DNA of 32,000 nucleotides, taken from NCBI GenBank assembly GCA_965247685.1, contig OZ252021.1, positions 240,001 to 272,000 of the forward strand, given 5' to 3'. The notes under the pieces were generated by a model. That model made no database searches and was not told where the DNA came from. It worked only from the letters and a program-made list of their open reading frames with translations. The translations under genes and the position numbers were made by a program. The stretch comes from Bdellovibrionales bacterium (GTDB taxonomy: Bacteria > Bdellovibrionota > Bdellovibrionia > Bdellovibrionales > UBA1609). Of the stretch, positions 27,358 to 32,000 are shown piece by piece. Positions within the stretch are counted from its first letter, which is position 1; each line of letters begins with the position of its first letter.

Positions 27358-28644
27358 TTGGATCATATAGTAAGTAGAAAAAATCAAGCAGACTATCTGT
27401 TCGAACTTGGGAAGGCTCGCAGCTTGTCTGGCAATTTTTTAGGCTCCATCCGACTCCTTGAGCAGGCTTCCACTCTTTACTTCAACCAAAGAAGATATGA
27501 AGAATATATGGACAGCCTCTGCATTCTTCTAAGAATTTACAAAGAATTGACTGAGGATGAAAAGATTCAACAAATCAAAGAGGAGTTGACCGCTTTATCT
27601 TGGGAACAAAATGTGAGCTTAAACTCCCGTGTGCACTACATTTTAGGACAATGTGCTTTATATAAAGATCAACTTGATGAAGCTCAGGAAGAATTTGAAA
27701 AATCTCTCAATAAGTCTAAAGATTTACTGAAACAATCCACAACTGAAACTGAGAGTATGGAAGCGCAATTTGAAATCATACACCCTACTTTTGGTTTAGC
27801 TATAATGGATATAAGAAGAAATAAGGTGACAGAGGCAACCAATAAAATCAAATCTATTAAAAACAAAATCCAATCATTTCAAGATATTGAAAAAAATGAT
27901 GAAGAATTAAGAAAACAACTCAATTCTCCTGAGGATATTTGTTCAGTTCGTGATTTTCTTACAAAAACTTCAAACCCTAGAGAGAAAATGGAATTAGCAG
28001 TAGAGTTCCTTTATGTAGATACTTTATGCTTACAAAAACTTTATAGAGAAGCAGAAAAACATCTATGGTACTGCTACGAAAATATGCAAAACTCAAAAGA
28101 TCTTTATACTATTGTCACCTTCTTTTATTATTTGGGTAAAAACTATATGGATCTCCAAGATCATGAGCAAGCTTACATCTTTTTGAACTTAGCAAAAAAA
28201 TCTATTGATGCTAATAACTTTAAACATCTTAATACTCATGTGAAAATCTGTTTGAAACAATTACAAGAGATCAAAGGTTCAGGTTATGATCTTATCGTGA
28301 ACTTAAAAAACAATTCAATTATCGAAAGGCACAAAGGTAAAGTTGCATTTAAAAGCCAGTATATATTGATGGATCTTTTTAAAATTTTTCTCAATCGCCC
28401 CGGTACTGTATACACCAAAGAGCAAATAGCAGAAGAATTATGGAGAGAAAAATACAATCCTAGTGTGCATAACAATAAAATTTATGTGACCATTAAAAGA
28501 CTAAGAGAGCTTATGGAGCCTAACTGTCAAAGTCCAACTTATATTTTTAGAAATAAGGACGGCTATTACTTTAATAAAAATGCAAAAGTTTTGTTAAAGT
28601 ACAAAGACAAAAATCAATCTCAACATCCAGAGGTGTCTTTATGA
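27358..28644 (+). CDS. Cytoplasmic transcriptional regulator: N-terminal TPR-like helical-repeat domain plus a C-terminal OmpR/PhoB-type winged-helix DNA-binding domain, with no receiver domain
   Basis: TTG start 6 nt after GGGGGAG. TPR-like helix pairs include YILGQCALYKDQLDEAQEEFEKSL and FFYYLGKNYMDLQDHEQAYIFLNLAKKSI. The C-terminus YILMDLFKIFLNRPGTVYTKEQIAEELWREKYNPSVHNNKIYVTIKRLRELME...YIFRNKDGYYF matches the Trans_reg_C pattern. Confidence 0.75.
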   Translation: MDHIVSRKNQADYLFELGKARSLSGNFLGSIRLLEQASTLYFNQRRYEEYMDSLCILLRIYKELTEDEKIQQIKEELTALSWEQNVSLNSRVHYILGQCALYKDQLDEAQEEFEKSLNKSKDLLKQSTTETESMEAQFEIIHPTFGLAIMDIRRNKVTEATNKIKSIKNKIQSFQDIEKNDEELRKQLNSPEDICSVRDFLTKTSNPREKMELAVEFLYVDTLCLQKLYREAEKHLWYCYENMQNSKDLYTIVTFFYYLGKNYMDLQDHEQAYIFLNLAKKSIDANNFKHLNTHVKICLKQLQEIKGSGYDLIVNLKNNSIIERHKGKVAFKSQYILMDLFKIFLNRPGTVYTKEQIAEELWREKYNPSVHNNKIYVTIKRLRELMEPNCQSPTYIFRNKDGYYFNKNAKVLLKYKDKNQSQHPEVSL

Positions 28645-29321
28645 AAAAACATTCTTCTTTATTATTCCTCATTTTCTGTTTATGGGGAATGGATGCAAAT
28701 GCATGGAATAATGATATCCAATGGAATCATCCGGTCTATCAAGATACTGCGAGCCCTTATGCTCCTTTCCCTTGGCCTTGCGATGAGTATGGTGACTGTG
28801 CAGACAAGAATTTCTTAGGTAGTAAAAATCAAGACAGCCCTTATGCTCCTTTCCCTTGGCCTTGCGATGAGTATGGCGACTGTGCAGACAATAATTTCTT
28901 AGGTAGTAAAAATCAAGACAGCCCTTATGCTCCTTTCCCTTGGCCTTGCGATGAGTATGGCGACTGTGCAGACAATAATTTCTTAGGTGGTAAAAATCAA
29001 GACAGCCCTTATGCTCCTTTCCCTTGGCCTTGCGATGAGTATGGCGACTGTGCAGACAATAATTTCTTAGGTGGTAAAAATCAAGACAGCCCTTACGCTC
29101 CTTTCCCTTGGCCTTGCGATGAATATGGCGACTGTGCAGAAAAGATAGGTGAACATAATTTGAGCATTGATCATGACGAAAACTCTGAAGATTTTGAGAT
29201 TGAAAAATCATTAGAACAAGCTCATCAGAATAATTTCATTTCCTCTCTTTTAGACGATTGGATATGCCAGACTCAAGAAGAAGATTGTGATTATAACAGT
29301 AACAGTGTATTTGTTTGGTAA
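28641..29321 (+). CDS. Secreted acidic tandem-repeat protein: five copies of a ~28-aa C-x6-C unit, with no family I recognise
   Basis: The ATG overlaps the regulator's TGA (ATGA), and AGAGG lies 7 nt upstream. The signal peptide is MKKHSSLLFLIFCLWGMDANA|W. Five copies of SPYAPFPWPCDEYGDCA(DNNFLG[S/G]KNQD) follow, then an acidic tail with a sixth loop, CQTQEEDC. Confidence 0.8.
   Translation: MKKHSSLLFLIFCLWGMDANAWNNDIQWNHPVYQDTASPYAPFPWPCDEYGDCADKNFLGSKNQDSPYAPFPWPCDEYGDCADNNFLGSKNQDSPYAPFPWPCDEYGDCADNNFLGGKNQDSPYAPFPWPCDEYGDCADNNFLGGKNQDSPYAPFPWPCDEYGDCAEKIGEHNLSIDHDENSEDFEIEKSLEQAHQNNFISSLLDDWICQTQEEDCDYNSNSVFVW
28752..29140. repeat. About 4.6 copies of a near-identical 84-bp in-frame tandem repeat
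   Basis: agcccttatgctcctttcccttggccttgcgatgagtatggcgactgtgcagac... starts at 28752, 28836, 28920, 29004 and 29088, an exact 84-bp period. Only a handful of substitutions separate the copies. Confidence 0.95.
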
Positions 29322-29377
29322 AGCTTTCTTTTGCAAAAAAAATTAAAATCACAATAAAGAAGCCTTTCTTTTAGATA

Positions 29378-29406
29378 TTGCATTCAAGTTTTTGAAATGA
29401 TAAAAC
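29378..29406 (+). promoter_or_regulatory. Putative promoter for tRNA-Val
   Basis: TTGCAT (29378..29383), a 17-nt spacer, then TAAAAC (29401..29406) preceded by TGa. The tRNA 5' end is at 29423. Confidence 0.35.
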
Positions 29407-29422
29407 TTAAGACGATTTTTAT

Positions 29423-29498
29423 AGGAGGTTAGCTCAGTTGGTAGAGCGCCACCCTTACAAGGTGGATGTCGTCGGTTCGAGCCCGGCACCTCCTACCA
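29423..29498 (+). tRNA. tRNA-Val, anticodon UAC, with genomically encoded CCA
   Basis: I folded the cloverleaf by hand. Acceptor AGGAGGT/ACCTCCT; D arm GCTC-AGTTGGTA-GAGC; anticodon arm CCACC-CTTACAA-GGTGG (anticodon TAC at 29456..29458). Variable loop ATGTC; T arm GTCGG-TTCGAGC-CCGGC; discriminator A, then CCA. Confidence 0.93.
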
Positions 29499-29501
29499 TC
29501 A

Positions 29502-31046
29502 TCATAATACATCTATCGCTTTTTGGTATCCCATATTTGCTGCTCTTTCATAGTAGGAAACCGCTTTTTCACGATCTCGCTCAACCCCTTCCCCTTTATC
29601 ATACATAATTCCTACATTATAAAGGGCAAGTGGGTGATTCATATTTGCTGCCCTTTCATAGTAGGAAAATGCTTTTTCAAAATCTTGCTCAGCCCCTTCT
29701 CCGTAATAATACATCTCTCCTAACTTAACAAGAGTACTTTCCAATTCATCTATCGCTTTTGGGTATCCCATATTTGCTACTCTTTCATAGTAGGAAAACG
29801 CTTTTTCACGATCTCGCTCAACCCCTTCCCCTTTATCATACATAATTCCTACATTATAAAGGGCAAGTGGGTGATTCATATTTGCTGCTCTTTCATAGTA
29901 GGAAATTGCTTTTTCACGATCTCGCTCAACCCCTTCTCCGTAATAATACATCTCTCCTAACTTAACAAGAGTACTTTCCAATTCATCTATCGCTTTTTGG
30001 TATCCCATACTTGCTGCTCTTTCATAGTAGGAAATCGCTTTTTCACGATCTCGCTCAACCCCTTCCCCATTATCATACATAGCTCCTACATTATAAGGAG
30101 CAAGTAGGTGATTCATATTTGCTGCTCTTTCAAAGTAGGAAACCGCTTTTTTAAAATCTTTCTTAACTCCTTTTCCGTAATAATACATCTCTCCTAAATT
30201 AAAAAGAGCAATTGGGTGATTCAATTCTGCTCCCTTGGACAAATAACGAACAATATCATCCGTTGAAAAAAGAAAGTTCTCTAAGAGACCACGTGGAAAA
30301 TGAAAAAATGTTCCCTCTTTTTTTGGAATTAAATAATTAGAATCTAGTAGCTGATTAATCAATTTTTTTGCCTTTAAAATCTCATAATCAATACATTTTC
30401 TTGGTTGATTTCCACACACTGTTCCTATATGATTGTATAAAAGTTCTTGCAAATAAGATGACAAAATACTCATTACATAAGATTCAGAAGCGGAATAAAG
30501 TATACCTAGAAGACTGCCTTTTGAATCGAGCAATGGGCCACCACTCATTCCTTCAACATTTTCTACAAAACCAAGTTCAAAAAATGCTCCATAATAAACA
30601 TTCTCCATTATGTTAATCTCTCTTACACTTCTTATAGTTACAGGTTTTCTCATCTTCCTTGGGTAACCAATTGTAAACCCTCCCTCATGAAATAAACTCT
30701 TCTCCCCTTCTGATAAATAAATATCCGACTTTTGTTCTGTCCGGAAGATAGCTAGATCAGCGTAGACGGAAATAGATACTAATTTTTTAACTTTTATAGA
30801 AGGTTTATCATCACGATCTAAAGAAATGTCTTTTATATCTTTAATCCCATTAATGACATGAAAATTAGTCACGAACAGATCAGGTGCTATAAAAAATCCA
30901 GTGCCATTAACATATCCATCGTCTATTACAACTTTATAAGTAGCTTGTTCGGCTTTTAAAACTCCTTCTGGAAGATCAGAGGCGTAGGAGTAGGCTCCTA
31001 ATAACAAATAGGTATAAACTATCAAATATAGTAGGAAGATTCTCAT
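29502..31046 (-). CDS. Secreted trypsin-fold (S1-like) serine protease fused to six C-terminal Sel1-like repeats
   Basis: Signal peptide MRIFLLYLIVYTYLLLGAYSYA|S. Catalytic contexts are GTGFFIAPDLFVTNFHVI (His), YADLAIFR (Asp) and GMSGGPLLD (Ser). The C-terminal half has repeated GEMYYYGEGVERDREKAISYYERAA units, which are Sel1/SLR-like. Confidence 0.85.
   Translation of the reverse strand: MRIFLLYLIVYTYLLLGAYSYASDLPEGVLKAEQATYKVVIDDGYVNGTGFFIAPDLFVTNFHVINGIKDIKDISLDRDDKPSIKVKKLVSISVYADLAIFRTEQKSDIYLSEGEKSLFHEGGFTIGYPRKMRKPVTIRSVREINIMENVYYGAFFELGFVENVEGMSGGPLLDSKGSLLGILYSASESYVMSILSSYLQELLYNHIGTVCGNQPRKCIDYEILKAKKLINQLLDSNYLIPKKEGTFFHFPRGLLENFLFSTDDIVRYLSKGAELNHPIALFNLGEMYYYGKGVKKDFKKAVSYFERAANMNHLLAPYNVGAMYDNGEGVERDREKAISYYERAASMGYQKAIDELESTLVKLGEMYYYGEGVERDREKAISYYERAANMNHPLALYNVGIMYDKGEGVERDREKAFSYYERVANMGYPKAIDELESTLVKLGEMYYYGEGAEQDFEKAFSYYERAANMNHPLALYNVGIMYDKGEGVERDREKAVSYYERAANMGYQKAIDVL
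29511..30205. repeat. About 2.9 copies of a 237-bp tandem repeat (each is two Sel1 units plus a linker) inside the protease-Sel1 gene
   Basis: atctatcgcttttt... recurs at 29511, 29748 and 29985. The first two copies are almost identical and the third decays toward 30205. Confidence 0.85.
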
Positions 31047-31096
31047 AATAAACCCTTTTTAACATTTTGAGGGGGTTGCTCAACAAAAACTCTTTT

Positions 31097-31142
31097 ACTA
31101 TATAAAATGATAACCTTGTCTACAAGTCTTGACCTGTCAAGA
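31097..31142 (-). promoter_or_regulatory. Putative promoter (minus strand TTGTAG-17-TATAGT) with an adjacent perfect palindrome, upstream of the protease-Sel1 gene
   Basis: The minus-strand -10 TATAGT is at 31097..31102 and the -35 TTGTAG at 31120..31125. The palindrome TCTTGAC-ct-GTCAAGA at 31127..31142 sits immediately upstream of the -35. Confidence 0.3.
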
Positions 31143-31259
31143 TGTTTAAAAATAACTAAGAAGAGTAGAAGGATAATCACTCCTGCAAAAAACTTTTATT
31201 AGGATCAATTTAAAAACTTTGGATTAGGATAGTTCCTTCATAATCTCTCCATTAATTCC

Positions 31260-32000
31260 CTACCTGAAGAAATCACTTTTTTTAAACTTCACCCTTTCTC
31301 CTCTATGATCCATAGCTTCTAAAGAAAAGAGAGCAAGTGGATAACCCATACTGGCTGCTCTTTCATAGTAGGAAACCGCTTTTTTATGGTCTTTCTTAAC
31401 CCCTTTCCCCTCATGGTACATAACTCCTAAATCAAAAAGAGCCTCTGAGAGATTCATCTTTGCTGCTCCTTCATAATAGGAGATTGCTTTTTCACTATCT
31501 TGCTCGACTCCTTTCCCCACATGGTACATCGATCCTAAATGAAAAAGAGCAATTGGGTGATTCAATTCTGCGCCCTTGGACAAATAACGAACAATATCAT
31601 CTGTTGAAACAAAAAATCTCTCAAAGGTTTCTATTGGAAGATGAAAAAATGTTCTCTCTTTTTTTGGAATTAAATAATTAGAATCTAATTGCTGAGTGAT
31701 CAGTTTTTTTACCTTTTGAATCTCTTGATCAATACATTTTCTTGGCTGATTTTCACACACTGTTCCTATATGATTATCTAAAAGTTCTTGCAAATAAGAT
31801 GACCAAACACTCTTTCCAAAATTAAAACCAAAAGTAGCAGAAAATATGCCCAGAAGATTGCCTTTCGAATCGAGCAATGGGCCACCACTCATTCCTCCAA
31901 TATCTCCTATAACAGGGAGTTTAAAAGATACTGCATAATAAACATTCTCCATTATTTTAATCTCTCCTACACTTCTTATAGTTACAGGTTTCCTCATCTT
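31260..32000 (-). CDS. Paralog of the protease-Sel1 fusion protein. The C-terminal 246 codons are present and the 5' end lies beyond the window.
   Basis: The ORF is open to position 32000. GGMSGGPLLDSKGNLLGIF and the downstream region align with 29502..31046 (for example caattgggtgattcaattctg at both 30210 and 31550). Three to four Sel1-like units lie at the C-terminus. Confidence 0.8.
   Translation of the reverse strand, partial: KMRKPVTIRSVGEIKIMENVYYAVSFKLPVIGDIGGMSGGPLLDSKGNLLGIFSATFGFNFGKSVWSSYLQELLDNHIGTVCENQPRKCIDQEIQKVKKLITQQLDSNYLIPKKERTFFHLPIETFERFFVSTDDIVRYLSKGAELNHPIALFHLGSMYHVGKGVEQDSEKAISYYEGAAKMNLSEALFDLGVMYHEGKGVKKDHKKAVSYYERAASMGYPLALFSLEAMDHRGERVKFKKSDFFR

Noticed and set aside
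28669-29211. 180-aa antisense ORF across the 84-bp repeat array, with a periodic HSRHTHRKAKGKEHKGCLDFY pattern
   Set aside because: It is an artefact of an in-frame tandem repeat having no stop codons on the opposite strand. The plus-strand ORF has a Shine-Dalgarno sequence, a signal peptide and ATGA coupling to the upstream gene. The antisense ORF has no translational signals.
28752-30205. Regularly spaced repeats that could be mistaken for CRISPR arrays
   Set aside because: Both arrays (84-bp and 237-bp periods) are contiguous head-to-tail repeats with no unique spacers. They are in frame within well-supported CDSs, and no cas genes are present.
29423-32000. tRNA-Val as the attachment site of an integrated genomic island carrying the protease-Sel1 genes
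   Set aside because: The window contains no integrase, no transposase and no direct repeat of the tRNA 3' half that I could see. I kept only a low-interest note.

Overview
AT-rich bacterial chromosomal segment from a diderm organism (two LolC/E-type permeases and MurJ are present). I cannot assign the lineage from sequence alone. About 27 kb is a housekeeping backbone. On it I call a dihydroorotase-like gene (partial), an SLT-domain exoprotein, a cupin plus a membrane GltS-domain protein, LolC/E-like permease 1, and an alkaline-phosphatase-superfamily gene split at an A9 tract. These are followed by a stand-alone divergent EF-G, LolC/E-like permease 2, prfB with its classical programmed +1 frameshift (the ORF track misses the first 28 codons), ybeY, murJ, rpsT and holA. 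The backbone ends with a class-V aminotransferase, ETF-ubiquinone oxidoreductase, a HIT protein, L31 type B, pepA and clpP-clpX-lon. The last ~4.6 kb (27358 to the window end) looks accessory and is the most interesting part. It holds a cytoplasmic TPR-like/C-terminal winged-helix regulator whose stop codon overlaps (ATGA) the start of a signal-peptide protein. That protein is built from five near-identical 28-aa acidic C-x6-C repeats (84-bp DNA period). Next come tRNA-Val(UAC) and two tandem paralogous genes for secreted trypsin-fold protease/Sel1-repeat fusion proteins that contain nested 237-bp repeats. I propose, as inference only, that this is a regulator / multi-copy exported pro-peptide / protease module. 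No CRISPR array, rRNA gene, transposase or integrase was seen.
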